64,000 bases of DNA from Elusimicrobiota bacterium (GCA_021730935.1 JAKFYJ010000021.1:22451-86450); one strand, 5' to 3'; counted from the stretch's first letter, positions 46,678 through 57,079 are shown. Notes: generated by a model not told the origin, from the sequence alone. Translations and numbers: made by a program.

Positions 46678-48164
46678 AAATGAGATCTGTGTTGATGGCC
46701 TGTTTTTGTCTCTTGCTTTGCTTTCAGGCGCATGGAGATCAGGAGGCAAAATCTGATCAAGAGAAGATCGGCAAAGACCTTCAGCTCGTTCAGGCTTGCC
46801 GGCAAGGATTGGGTTTCATCCTGACTTTCACTTCGAATCGTCCCGGCATTTTTTCTGCTGATAAAAATAACAAGAGCCGTCTGTTCACGAGGCAGGAAAA
46901 AGAAGAGGCCTGGAACTCCTGGAAAATGGTGTCAGATTATTTCCTGGCATTGGATTCCCTGCGCGCCTCTCACAACTATTTTGAGCGTTCGAAAGATGAT
47001 TCCGGCGATGCTTCATTTTTGATCGCTTATGCGGCATTTCTCGCGCAATATCGTTTCGCCCTGGAATGGATTGAGCGGACTGAAAATAATCCGGATCTGG
47101 ACACAATTTTTAATGAACCCGTTCCCGAAATGGGTTTGCCGGAAAATACATACTCCCTCTTCAAGTTCAGGTTTCTCAATGTTGCCCGAGCGACCGAGTT
47201 TGCCGCTTTGGAAACGGTCTATTCGCTCAATAAAGGACGGGGGCATGAGGAAACTCGAAAACTGATCCGTGAAGACGCCGACGCCGTTTGGAAAGCCGGG
47301 AAATTCAGCGGTCAGATATTGACTGCAAAGAATGCATTAAAAATTGTCAAGAAAGCGGGTTTTGCCGCCTGGATGCCCGTGCAAACCGGAGTTTCTGAAT
47401 ACATGGGCGACACGAAGGTTTATCGCAGATCTCTCTCCCTGATTACAGAGATGCAAATTCGATCCCTGCAGAACCTTCTCGAACCCGGAGACATTTTGCT
47501 TGAGCGGAGGGAATGGTATCTTTCCAACATCGGCTTGCCGGGATTTTGGCCGCATGCGGCGCTTTATGTGGGCACACCTGAGGAGCGGAAAAAATATTTT
47601 GAGGATTCGGATGAGAAAGATATTGATGCGCGCCTAAAAAGCAAATACCTTGCCGCTTATCTTCGCGGCCAAGAGCTGTTCGAAGGACATGTTCCTCGGG
47701 TCTTGGAGGCGATCAGCGAGGGGGTCACCTTCACAAGCCTCGAACATTCTGCGTCCTGCGATTCCCTTGCCGTTTTGCGCCCGAGACTGTCCAAGAAGGA
47801 GAAAGCCCTGGCCATCTTGCGCGCATTTCATTATGCCGGCCGGCCCTATGATTTTAATTTTGATTTTCAAACGGATGCGACCCTGGTGTGTTCGGAGCTG
47901 ATCTATAAAGCGTATGAGCCGTCGAACATCGGGAAAGGTTTGAAACTTGGGACGGAAGAACTCTTGGGGCGGCTTGTGACTCCGCCGAACAGCATGGTGA
48001 AGCAATTCGATCAAGAGGCCGAGTCCGGAGACCGGCAGATGGACCTGGTCCTGTTTTTGGACGGACATGAATGGAAAAAATCCGCAGAGCTGTCGGACGA
48101 AAGGGAATTCAGGGAAAGCTGGAAAAGGCCCAAATGGCACATTTTTGTTCAGGGAAAAAAATGA
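46674..48164 (+). CDS. secreted protein with C-terminal YiiX/YaeF-like permuted papain (C92) amidase domain
   Basis: Signal peptide and a C-terminal ...AALYVG...EGVTFTSLEH...LVCSELIYKAY motif pattern. The ~260-aa N-terminal region has unknown function. Confidence 0.5.
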   Translation: MKMRSVLMACFCLLLCFQAHGDQEAKSDQEKIGKDLQLVQACRQGLGFILTFTSNRPGIFSADKNNKSRLFTRQEKEEAWNSWKMVSDYFLALDSLRASHNYFERSKDDSGDASFLIAYAAFLAQYRFALEWIERTENNPDLDTIFNEPVPEMGLPENTYSLFKFRFLNVARATEFAALETVYSLNKGRGHEETRKLIREDADAVWKAGKFSGQILTAKNALKIVKKAGFAAWMPVQTGVSEYMGDTKVYRRSLSLITEMQIRSLQNLLEPGDILLERREWYLSNIGLPGFWPHAALYVGTPEERKKYFEDSDEKDIDARLKSKYLAAYLRGQELFEGHVPRVLEAISEGVTFTSLEHSASCDSLAVLRPRLSKKEKALAILRAFHYAGRPYDFNFDFQTDATLVCSELIYKAYEPSNIGKGLKLGTEELLGRLVTPPNSMVKQFDQEAESGDRQMDLVLFLDGHEWKKSAELSDEREFRESWKRPKWHIFVQGKK

Positions 48165-49189
48165 AATCAATCTTTTGCGCAAGTCTTTTAGTGTTCGCTT
48201 TGAAGTCTATATCCATGGGAGCATCGCTCAAGTCTGGAGAAAGGGTTATGTTTTATCCGTCTTATGGATTCCTCTCATCCAGCGGGATTTGGTCCGTTCA
48301 AATTCATGGCGTCGCATTTGAAGACGAACCGAACTCTCATCTAAGAAAATATTTGGCCAAAAGCTTGGGACATTTGCTGGGCCTGTCTCCGGAGGAAATC
48401 AAGTGCGAAATTTTTCAAAAGCGCGCGTTCTATTTTGTTGAGGACAACAAACGGTCAAGAACCCTGGAGATTTCAATCGCGGGACAACCTTTTAAACTTA
48501 AAAAAACCGGCCCCAACGGTCACATCGAAGATCATGTTTCTCTCAACTGGACGGACCGATCTGAAATGTCAGAGAGTCCTTGGCTTGAATTCCAGTTTTC
48601 CGGAAAAGCTCAGTTGATCAGCCCTCGCGGGGTGTCGGTCATCTCCGACATAGACGACACAATCAAAGTGACGCAGGTGCATGACAGAAGAAAAATGATT
48701 CAGAACACTTTCGTCAATCCTTTTCGCGCCGTCCCGGGCATGTCCGGCCTTTATCGCGGATGGGAGAAGAGCGGAGCCGTATTCCATTATGTCTCTGCCT
48801 CCCCGTGGCAATTGTATGCGCCTCTGTCTGAATGGATGCATAGCGAAGGATATCCTCAGGGGACCTATCACCTGAAACATTTTCGCTGGAAAGACGCCAG
48901 TTTCTTTTCTCTGTTTGAGTCGCCGGAAAAATATAAGGTCGAAGTCCTGGAGCCGATCCTGCAGGAATTTCCAGGAAGGCAGTTCGTCTTGGTCGGAGAC
49001 TCTTCCGAATCCGATCCGGAAGCTTACGGGGTTATCGCAAGAAAATATCCCGGTCAAATCCGTAAAATATACATATTGGATCCCGCAGGCTCAAAAAATT
49101 CAGAGCGCTATGCGGCGGCTTTTAGAGGAGTTCCGGGGGTGGTCTGGGATGTTTTTAGGGATCCAATCGAAATTGAGGGGGGGTTATGA
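48161..49189 (+). CDS. App1-like phosphatidate phosphatase (DUF2183)
   Basis: VISDIDDTIKV catalytic motif and ...LVGDSSESDPEAY. Start chosen at ATG 48161 (signal peptide MKSIFCASLLVFAL). Confidence 0.65.
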   Translation: MKSIFCASLLVFALKSISMGASLKSGERVMFYPSYGFLSSSGIWSVQIHGVAFEDEPNSHLRKYLAKSLGHLLGLSPEEIKCEIFQKRAFYFVEDNKRSRTLEISIAGQPFKLKKTGPNGHIEDHVSLNWTDRSEMSESPWLEFQFSGKAQLISPRGVSVISDIDDTIKVTQVHDRRKMIQNTFVNPFRAVPGMSGLYRGWEKSGAVFHYVSASPWQLYAPLSEWMHSEGYPQGTYHLKHFRWKDASFFSLFESPEKYKVEVLEPILQEFPGRQFVLVGDSSESDPEAYGVIARKYPGQIRKIYILDPAGSKNSERYAAAFRGVPGVVWDVFRDPIEIEGGL

Positions 49190-49974
49190 ATATAAAGACG
49201 AAGGTGTTGTTTTTTGGTTTGATTTTGCATTTGGGGTTTACGATTCGATTGTCCGCCTGCGGGCCTTCGTTTCCCATGTTTGGCGGACGATGCACAAATG
49301 AAATGATGATAGCGATCAGAAATGAAATGTCGGACCGTTCGAACGCAATGGGTGAAATTTCTGCGAGGGTAAAGGCTGATCGCGAACTGCATATCAATGA
49401 AATTCTCAGGCTTGCGTCCGGCAGGAACATCAAAAGCACAATGGATTTTATTTCTGATTCCGAGACTCGAAAAAAACTGGAAACCCTCACGCCTTATGGA
49501 TATGCCCGGAGGGCTGAAAGTTTGCGGAGCAAGATGTCGGATAAAGAATGGACGAACATTGTGAATGCCTGGTCAAAATATTTGAATCTTACTTCGAAGT
49601 CATCATCGGCGAGTCCCGGTGATTTTTGCGGAGCAAAGGAAAGTTTAAGTTCGATCGGCACTGACGCTGTTCTGGTTGTCGCAATGCCGATCATGGGAAT
49701 TGCGGCCATGGGCGTCGGTGCCGGCGTCGCTCTTGAGGGTCAAAACGATGGAGCCTTCATCGCGGCTTCGGGACCCCTTTTGGGAGTCGTCGGAGCAGTG
49801 GTGAACGCGCTATACTTGACCTCCGATATCGCTGTTTTAGTTCCCAGTCTTGTTCTTAAACACATGAGCTATGCGCATCTGAAACATTATCTCTACAATA
49901 AACAATCGATCAAGGCTTTCGAAAAGTTCGGAAAGCTGGTCATAAAATATGAAAAGAAATACTCGAAATCATGA
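49186..49974 (+). CDS. hypothetical lipoprotein with C-terminal Gly-rich membrane segment
   Basis: LSAC lipobox followed by a C-terminal GxxxG-rich hydrophobic region. Confidence 0.4.
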   Translation: MNIKTKVLFFGLILHLGFTIRLSACGPSFPMFGGRCTNEMMIAIRNEMSDRSNAMGEISARVKADRELHINEILRLASGRNIKSTMDFISDSETRKKLETLTPYGYARRAESLRSKMSDKEWTNIVNAWSKYLNLTSKSSSASPGDFCGAKESLSSIGTDAVLVVAMPIMGIAAMGVGAGVALEGQNDGAFIAASGPLLGVVGAVVNALYLTSDIAVLVPSLVLKHMSYAHLKHYLYNKQSIKAFEKFGKLVIKYEKKYSKS

Positions 49975-50060
49975 AAGGTCCACTTTTGAATTTGAGCCCA
50001 CGCCTGAGAGCGCAGACGGATTTTGGGTTCGCGATATGTCGCCCCGGTCTATAACAGCCA

Positions 50061-50675
50061 ATGAATCCAGATAAGAATCTTCATGTCGGTTTGTGGTTGA
50101 GTTTGACTGTTTTTTTTATCTGGTCCGCCGTCGGATGTCACGATCTTTTCACCTGGTTTTTGGAGGTGTTTCCTTTTATTCTTGGAACGATCATTTTGCT
50201 TTCGGTTTATTCCAAGTTCCGATTCACGCGCCTGGTGTGCTGGCTCTTGTGGCTCCACGCCATCGTGCTCATGATCGGAGGTCATTACACATACGCAGAG
50301 GTGCCGCTCTTCAATTGGATCCGCGACCATTTTCATTTGGCTCGAAACCATTATGACCGCGTGGGGCACTTCATGCAGGGGTTCGTGCCCGCCATGATCG
50401 CGAGGGAAATTCTTTTGAGACTTGGCGTTCTCAAGCGGGGCGGATGGCTTTTTTTCATCGTCGTTTCCATATGCCTCGCTTTCAGCGCATCCTATGAACT
50501 TTTTGAATGGCTGACGGCGGTTTCTTCAGGCGCAAAATCCGACGCGTTCCTTGGCACGCAAGGAGATCCTTGGGACACTCAAACCGACATGGCGCTGGCG
50601 TTGGTGGGCTCCATTTTGGCCCAGCTGTCTCTTTCCAAATCACACGACGCTGCTTTGGAGAAGATCAATGATTGA
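50061..50675 (+). CDS. DUF2238 (YjdF-like) membrane protein
   Basis: 204 aa with YjdF-like helices. Confidence 0.55.
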   Translation: MNPDKNLHVGLWLSLTVFFIWSAVGCHDLFTWFLEVFPFILGTIILLSVYSKFRFTRLVCWLLWLHAIVLMIGGHYTYAEVPLFNWIRDHFHLARNHYDRVGHFMQGFVPAMIAREILLRLGVLKRGGWLFFIVVSICLAFSASYELFEWLTAVSSGAKSDAFLGTQGDPWDTQTDMALALVGSILAQLSLSKSHDAALEKIND

Positions 50676-51615
50676 CGTTCACGTCCACCTGGCCGCTCTG
50701 CCGGACGGCGACAATGGATGCCACATCTCCAAAGAAATGGTTCACGGGGCGCTTTTCCGGTTCCTTTTCTGGAAGCTGGGGATTTCTGTGGATGAAGCCA
50801 AAAAAAGCAATGAGCGTTATGTTGAGAAGCTCGTCAAACTTCTGCGGGAATCCAAACATGTCCGAAAAGCTGTCCTCCTCGGGATGGACGGGGTTTATGA
50901 CGATGCGGGAAACTTGAACAAGGATGCCACGCACTTCATCGTGTCCAACGATTATGTCCTTCAAACCGCAAAAAAATATCCAGACCTCTTCCTTGCAGGA
51001 ATATCAGTGAACCCCAAACGAAAGGATGCGGTTGATGAAATCAATCGCTGTGCCCCGCAAGGCGCGGCCCTCGTAAAAGTCCTGCCCAATTCCCAGGATT
51101 TTGATCCCGCCAATAAAAAATATCTTTCATTTTATAAGGCGATGGCCAAACACAAACTGCCTCTCCTCTCTCATGTGGGATATGAGTTCAGTCTTTGGGG
51201 AAAAGATCAGTCGGTGGGAGACCCCGCCAGAGTCCGCATGGCTCTCGACGAGGGAGTGACGGTGATTGCCGCGCACGGAGCGAGCTATGGGCTTTTCTTC
51301 TATGAAAAATATTGGAACACGCTTCTGGAACTGACGCGGAAATATCCGAATTTTTATTGGGACGCTTCCGCGCTCACTCTGCAAAACCGCGTTGGAATGC
51401 TTTTAAAGATCCGCAATCATCCCGAGCTTCACAGCCGCATGGTCTTCGGGACCGATTACCCTTTGCCCTGCTATGCTTATCCTGCGCTCCTTGCAGGAAA
51501 ACTGTCCGGATACATCGAGCTGCTGCGCACTTCGAACCCATTCGACCGTCACCACCGGCTTTTGGAAATTCTTGGGATTCGCGGAAACTCTGAACTTTTA
51601 AAGGATAAATTATGA
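50668..51615 (+). CDS. amidohydrolase-family metal-dependent hydrolase (TIM barrel)
   Basis: N-terminal MIDVHVHL metal-binding motif. Start at 50668 removes the overlap with the upstream gene. Confidence 0.6.
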   Translation: MIDVHVHLAALPDGDNGCHISKEMVHGALFRFLFWKLGISVDEAKKSNERYVEKLVKLLRESKHVRKAVLLGMDGVYDDAGNLNKDATHFIVSNDYVLQTAKKYPDLFLAGISVNPKRKDAVDEINRCAPQGAALVKVLPNSQDFDPANKKYLSFYKAMAKHKLPLLSHVGYEFSLWGKDQSVGDPARVRMALDEGVTVIAAHGASYGLFFYEKYWNTLLELTRKYPNFYWDASALTLQNRVGMLLKIRNHPELHSRMVFGTDYPLPCYAYPALLAGKLSGYIELLRTSNPFDRHHRLLEILGIRGNSELLKDKL

Positions 51616-54600
51616 AGACACGAAGCCTTCTCATGCGCGATAAAGGGTTTTTGGCGCTCACCATCGCTCAATTTTGGAGCGCGCTCAACGACAACGCTTT
51701 CAAATTTATGGTCACTCTGCTCTGCATCCAGTGGGTGAGCGATCCCGGAATGGCGAGCCGGTATGTTTCAATCGCAAGCGGGATTTTCGTGTTGCCGTTC
51801 ATCCTTTTTTCCACGCATGCGGGCTATGTCGCAGACCGTTTCAGCAAGCGCTCAGTCGCCATCGGCGCAAAAATCGCGGAAATCCTTGTGATGCTCTTGG
51901 CGGTGGGCGCGCTCCACATGAGAAGTCTTCCGGCCATCATGGCCGTGCTGTTTTTGATGGGCCTTCACAGCACATTTTTCAGTCCCGCAAAATATGGAAT
52001 GCTTCCTGAAATTCTGGACGAAAAAGATCTTTCCAACGGCAATGGGATCATCAACCTTTCCACGTTCATGGCCATCATTTTGGGCACGCTTGTGGGCGGG
52101 GAAATTTTAAACCGCGCTGGGGACAACCTTCAGTATGCCGGATGGATGTTTGTCTTGATCGCTGTTCTTGGAACCGCGGCAAGCCTGTTCATCACTCCCA
52201 CACTGCCCGCGCAGACAACGGAAAAAATGGATTGGAACCCGATAAGAAAATCTTATCTGAATCTCAAGGAAGCGGCAGGGGACCGCGTTCTTGGACTGAG
52301 CGTTGCCGGCACGGGATATTTTTGGCTCGTGGGCGCGCTTCTCATCATCGTTCTGCCTCTCTACGGAAAATTCACTTTAGGTTTGGAAGAATCTAAAATC
52401 CAGTGGCTCCTGGCTTGTCTTTCCATCGGGATTGGGTTGGGTTCGGGCATTGCAGGAAAAATATCCGGAGAAAAGGTTGAGCTCGGACTTGTTCCTTTGG
52501 GGTCCATCGGGCTGGGCATCTTCTGTCTGGACATCGCGTTTGGGGCGCCTTCATTTCTGCGCGGAATGACTGACATCTTTTTCCTTGGAGCTTCCGCCGG
52601 ATTTTTTGTTATCCCTTTAAATGCGCTCATTCAGGCCCGCGCCCCCAAAGAATCCAAGGGCAAAATGATCGCGACCACGAACATTGTGAGTTTCATCGCC
52701 ATCGGGCTGGCTTCTTTGTTGAATCTTGTTTTAACCGATCATTCGCTTTTGGGATTGAGCTCAAGACAGGTTTTTGGCATTGTCGGTTTCGGGACCATTT
52801 TTGCGACCGCCTATGTTCTCTGGCTCTTGCCGGCGGCTTTTACGCGTCTGGTCTTTTGGTTCATCACCCACAGCGTTTACCGCATCAAAGTGATCGGCAG
52901 AGAAAACATTCCGCTTAAAGGCCCGGCGCTTCTGGTCTCGAACCATGTGGCCTATATCGACCCGTTTCTCGTCGCGGCTTCGGTATCGCGGAACATCCGG
53001 TTTTTCATGTGGCGCCCGATCTATGAATTCAAGCCGTTAAACTGGTTTTTCAAAATGATGAACGCCATTCCCATCTCCGCCACCGACGGGCCGAAAAAAT
53101 TCATGTCAAGCATGGAAGAGGCCAGGCAGGCCTTGAGAGACGGCCATGTGGTCTGCATTTTCGCTGAAGGTTCAATCACGCGCTTGGGTCAGACCCTGGG
53201 CTTCAAGAAAGGCGTCGAGATCATTGCGAAGGATTTGGATGTTCCCATCATCCCCATCCACCTGGACCGCGTTTGGGGGAGCATCTTCAGTTTTCACGGA
53301 AAACAATTCATCTGGAAACTGCCGAAGAAAGTCCCCTATCCCGTCACCCTTTCCTTCGGCGGCGCCCTTCCGTCAACCTCGAAAGCTCACGAAGTCCGCC
53401 AGGCGGTCATGGATCTCGGGAGCGCGGCGTTCAACCAAAGGGAAGATTCTCTGATGGCGCTGCACCGCATGTTTCTGAGACAAGCCAAATCGAGCTGGAC
53501 AGGGAAATGCATGGCGGACAGTTCCGGAATAAAACTGAATTATGGACAGACCGTCACTGCTTCTTTTTGGATGGCGCGGCAGTTAAAGAATCGACTGGGA
53601 AAATCGGAGAATGTTGGAGTTCTGATCCCATCAACGGTTCCGGGCGCTTTAGTTAATGTCGCTTTGCCCATGCTGGGGAAAACTCCTGTCAATCTGAATT
53701 TCACGATGTCGGAAGACCTTGTTGGCAAGATCGTTCAAAAAAGCGGAATCGAAAAAATTATCACTTCCAGAAAGGTTTTGGAGGCGCTCAAATGGAAGGA
53801 AGATGCGAGAATGATTTTTATTGAAGACCTTCAGGTCCCGAGCATCATCGTGGGTTCATTTCTATGGCTTCTTTTGTGGGCCCTCCCTTCGTTTCTGACA
53901 GAAATGATATTTTTGCCGCAATCAAGAAAAGGGATTGATGAGGTCGCCACATTGATGTTTACAAGCGGAAGCACCGGAGATCCCAAGGGCGTCATGCTCA
54001 CTCACAGGAACATCCAGTCCAATGTTCAGGGCCTTCAGGAAATCTTTCAGCTGGACTCCACAGATGTTCTGATCGGCGTTCTTCCGTTTTTCCATTCCTT
54101 CGGATTTACAGCCACGATATGGTTTCCGCTCCTGGGAGGGTTTCCGGTCGTTTATCATAAAAGCCCTCTGGAAGCCGCAATGGTCGACCGCTTGATTCGG
54201 GAACATCGCGGCACGGTTCTGTTGGGAACGCCGACATTCCTGCAGATGTGGAGCAGGAAATTCAAAAAGGAAGATGTGGCCAGCGTCAAGTTCGCCATGG
54301 TGGGAGCTGAGAAGCTTAGAGATTCGATAGCCAAAGAGTTTGAAGAAAAATTCAACATCAAGGTGCTTGAAGGCTATGGCTGCACGGAGCTTTCGCCTGT
54401 GGCGGTCACGAGCGCGCTCAATGTCCAGGCGCATCATGAGTCGCAGGTGGGTCACAAATCGGGGAAGGTCGGACGTCCGCTTCCGGGGGTCACAATAAAA
54501 ATCGTCGATCCTGAAACGAATAAAAATCTGCCTCAAGGCGAAGCGGGCCTCATGCTGGTCAAAGGGCCCAATGTCATGAAAGGATATTTCGGCGACCCTG

Positions 54601-55025
54601 GAAAAACATCGCAAGTCATCCTGGACGGATGGTATGTGACAGGCGACATTGCCAGGATTGATGAAGAAGGGTTTATCGAGGTGACGGACCGAATGTCGCG
54701 GTTCAGCAAGATCGGGGGCGAAATGGTTCCTCATATTCACGTTGAAGAAAAAATTTATGAAATGGCGTCGGATGGAGAGGCTCGCTTTATAGTGACCTCA
54801 GTTCCGGACGATAAACGGGGCGAAGCTTTGGCCGTGTTATATTTTAACTATAGCGGTTCGATCGACGCGTTGTTCCAAAAACTTCAATCCACGGAGATGC
54901 CAAAACTCTGGATTCCGGCTCCCGATTCATTTTTCAAACTCGACGAGTGGCCGACCCTCGGCACCGGCAAGGTGGATCTGGCAAGAGCCAAATCCATCGC
55001 AAAAAGCAAGCTCGGGATTGCCTGA
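51612..55025 (+). CDS. aas: lysophospholipid transporter (MFS, LplT) fused to 2-acyl-GPE acyltransferase (PlsC-type) and acyl-ACP synthetase (Aas)
   Basis: An MFS domain with about 12 transmembrane helices, an HX4D acyltransferase motif (SNHVAYIDPF), and an AMP-binding domain (TSGSTGDPKGV...YGCTE...) within one 1137-aa ORF. Confidence 0.85.
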   Translation: MKTRSLLMRDKGFLALTIAQFWSALNDNAFKFMVTLLCIQWVSDPGMASRYVSIASGIFVLPFILFSTHAGYVADRFSKRSVAIGAKIAEILVMLLAVGALHMRSLPAIMAVLFLMGLHSTFFSPAKYGMLPEILDEKDLSNGNGIINLSTFMAIILGTLVGGEILNRAGDNLQYAGWMFVLIAVLGTAASLFITPTLPAQTTEKMDWNPIRKSYLNLKEAAGDRVLGLSVAGTGYFWLVGALLIIVLPLYGKFTLGLEESKIQWLLACLSIGIGLGSGIAGKISGEKVELGLVPLGSIGLGIFCLDIAFGAPSFLRGMTDIFFLGASAGFFVIPLNALIQARAPKESKGKMIATTNIVSFIAIGLASLLNLVLTDHSLLGLSSRQVFGIVGFGTIFATAYVLWLLPAAFTRLVFWFITHSVYRIKVIGRENIPLKGPALLVSNHVAYIDPFLVAASVSRNIRFFMWRPIYEFKPLNWFFKMMNAIPISATDGPKKFMSSMEEARQALRDGHVVCIFAEGSITRLGQTLGFKKGVEIIAKDLDVPIIPIHLDRVWGSIFSFHGKQFIWKLPKKVPYPVTLSFGGALPSTSKAHEVRQAVMDLGSAAFNQREDSLMALHRMFLRQAKSSWTGKCMADSSGIKLNYGQTVTASFWMARQLKNRLGKSENVGVLIPSTVPGALVNVALPMLGKTPVNLNFTMSEDLVGKIVQKSGIEKIITSRKVLEALKWKEDARMIFIEDLQVPSIIVGSFLWLLLWALPSFLTEMIFLPQSRKGIDEVATLMFTSGSTGDPKGVMLTHRNIQSNVQGLQEIFQLDSTDVLIGVLPFFHSFGFTATIWFPLLGGFPVVYHKSPLEAAMVDRLIREHRGTVLLGTPTFLQMWSRKFKKEDVASVKFAMVGAEKLRDSIAKEFEEKFNIKVLEGYGCTELSPVAVTSALNVQAHHESQVGHKSGKVGRPLPGVTIKIVDPETNKNLPQGEAGLMLVKGPNVMKGYFGDPGKTSQVILDGWYVTGDIARIDEEGFIEVTDRMSRFSKIGGEMVPHIHVEEKIYEMASDGEARFIVTSVPDDKRGEALAVLYFNYSGSIDALFQKLQSTEMPKLWIPAPDSFFKLDEWPTLGTGKVDLARAKSIAKSKLGIA

Positions 55026-55108
55026 TCGGACGGAATCGCCTTGACATTTGCCTCCAAAGATGTCATTGTGTTACGATCGCATTAAGCCCTGCCGTTCGAG
55101 GAGATTGA

Positions 55109-55324
55109 ATGCAACAAAACAAGAAACGGGACACAAAAAAAGCAGCCGTCGCCGAAGCCGCGCCCGCAGTCAAACCTGAGTCCAAAGCCAAATCCCCCTA
55201 TATGAGCCGGGGAATTTATAACAACTACGCCAAAGGCATGAAAGAAAAAAATCAGAAACGGCACTCCCAGGGCCTTCAGGCGATTTATATCCGCACTTAC
55301 GAAGAGTGGTCTGACGTTTCATAA
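55109..55324 (+). CDS. small Lys-rich hypothetical protein
   Basis: 71 aa, preceded by a GAGGAG Shine-Dalgarno sequence 6 nt upstream. No recognisable family. Confidence 0.3.
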   Translation: MQQNKKRDTKKAAVAEAAPAVKPESKAKSPYMSRGIYNNYAKGMKEKNQKRHSQGLQAIYIRTYEEWSDVS

Positions 55325-56493
55325 ATAAAGATTATCAGGTCCTCGTCATCGGCGGGGGAGCGGCGGGCCTCATGGCCGCGATTCAAGCAGGAAAACGAGG
55401 GCGTTCCGTCCTTGTTATCGAACATTCCCAAAAAATAGGCAAAAAAATACTCATCTCAGGCGGCGGCCGATGCAATTTCACCAATAAACACGCCGGGCCC
55501 GAAAACTATATTTCAAAAAACCCTCATTTCTGTAAATCCGCCCTCGCCCGTTTCACTCCCCAGGACTTCATCGACCTCGTCGAAAAACACGGCATCGCCT
55601 ATCACGAAAAAAAACTGGGCCAGCTCTTTTGCGATGGACTTGCGCAGGAGATTGTGACCCTGCTTGAAAGCGAATGCCGGGAAGCCGGCGTTGAGATCGT
55701 TGTGAAGACGAAAGTCGAGAAAATATTAAAAGGGCAAAAGTTCGAGGCCTGGACAGATCAGGGGATTTTCACCGGCTCTTCATTGATCATCGCCACGGGC
55801 GGACTTTCCATCCCCAAGATGGGCGCCACCCCTTTCGCTTATCAAATCGCGGAACAATATAAGCATAAAATCATTCCTCCAAGGCCCGGCCTCGTTCCGC
55901 TGCTCTGGAATGAGGAAGATCTTGAGGCCTATGCGGACTTGACTGGAATTGCCGTTGACGCGATCGTGACCTGCGGAAAAAAAACCTTCAGGGAAAATAT
56001 CCTTTTTACGCATCGCGGCCTGAGCGGGCCGGCCATCCTCCAGATTTCAAGTTATTGGGCGGAGGGTCAAACGATCGCGATCAATCTTTTGCCCGATCGG
56101 GACCTGTTTATGGAGTTGAAAGAGAGCCGCGCAAATAAACTGCAAATTTTTGATCTGCTCTGCAAACATTTGCCCAGGCGCGTCGCTCAGAAATGGACGG
56201 AAATATATACTTCTGACAAATCCATCGTCGAGTGTTCCGACAAGGAACTGGAATATGTGTCTCAGCAGATTCAGGAATGGAAATTCGTGCCTGCGGGGAC
56301 AGAAGGGTATGACAAGGCCGAAGTGACCTCAGGGGGCGTGGACACTGCGGAAATTTCCTCAAAAACGATGGAGTCCAATCTTTGCACGGGGCTTTATTTT
56401 GTGGGGGAATCTCTGGATGTCACGGGACAGCTGGGGGGATACAATTTTCAGTGGGCCTGGGCATCCGGGTTTTCGGCAGGCCAGGCCGCTTAA
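55321..56493 (+). CDS. HI0933/BaiN-family FAD-dependent flavoprotein; start codon unclear
   Basis: In-frame upstream codons encode KDYQVLVIGGGAAGLMAA (the dinucleotide-binding motif), before the first ATG at 55372. No canonical start exists upstream; ATA at 55321 is the only in-frame start-like codon. Confidence 0.75.
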   Translation: MNKDYQVLVIGGGAAGLMAAIQAGKRGRSVLVIEHSQKIGKKILISGGGRCNFTNKHAGPENYISKNPHFCKSALARFTPQDFIDLVEKHGIAYHEKKLGQLFCDGLAQEIVTLLESECREAGVEIVVKTKVEKILKGQKFEAWTDQGIFTGSSLIIATGGLSIPKMGATPFAYQIAEQYKHKIIPPRPGLVPLLWNEEDLEAYADLTGIAVDAIVTCGKKTFRENILFTHRGLSGPAILQISSYWAEGQTIAINLLPDRDLFMELKESRANKLQIFDLLCKHLPRRVAQKWTEIYTSDKSIVECSDKELEYVSQQIQEWKFVPAGTEGYDKAEVTSGGVDTAEISSKTMESNLCTGLYFVGESLDVTGQLGGYNFQWAWASGFSAGQAA

Positions 56494-56500
56494 ACAAATT

Positions 56501-57058
56501 TTATCGGACGAGTTTTTTTACGAGTTTTATAGGAAGCCCCATCACGCCCTGCCAATCTCCGTCGATTTTATTGACCAGCCGGTCCACTTTGTCCTGACAG
56601 GCATAAGACCCGGACTTGTCCAGATGTTTGCCCCCGATTTTGGGCGCCTCGTCTTTGGATATTTTCCTGAAATAAACCTTGCTCACCGACAGCCCGCTTT
56701 TCACTTTTCCGCTCTTTGAATTGATGAGAGCCACCCCCGTATAAACCCGGTGCATTTTTCCTGACAACTGCAAAAGCATATTGCCCGCGTGCCGGACCGA
56801 CCTGGGTTTGCCGAAAATTTTTCCTCTCAAGACCACGATCGTGTCCGCGCCTATCACGAGATGTTCATCTTCTTCAGATTTAATTTTGTTCGCAATTGAA
56901 CGAGCTTTTAAAACGGCAAGACGCCTCACAAACTTCGACGGAGATTCTCCCCGTTTGCGGTTTTCAGGCTCATGGCTCGGAATCACTTTGAAGTCCACGC
57001 CCATTTCTTTCAGGAGTTCTTTTCTGCGCGGTGATGAAGAAGCTAAAATCCATTTCAT
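56501..57058 (-). CDS. maf: Maf-family nucleoside triphosphate pyrophosphatase
   Basis: ILASSSPRRKELL N-terminus, 185 aa. Confidence 0.85.
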   Translation of the reverse strand: MKWILASSSPRRKELLKEMGVDFKVIPSHEPENRKRGESPSKFVRRLAVLKARSIANKIKSEEDEHLVIGADTIVVLRGKIFGKPRSVRHAGNMLLQLSGKMHRVYTGVALINSKSGKVKSGLSVSKVYFRKISKDEAPKIGGKHLDKSGSYACQDKVDRLVNKIDGDWQGVMGLPIKLVKKLVR

Positions 57059-57079
57059 GGGTGGTTATTTTATCAAAAA

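Noticed and set aside
53922-54740. 272-aa antisense ORF within the aas fusion; similar ones at 42912..43436, 43461..43967, 47634..48182, 59377..60042 and 60844..61473
   Set aside because: Each is opposite a gene with a strong family assignment, and none shows domain-like sequence.
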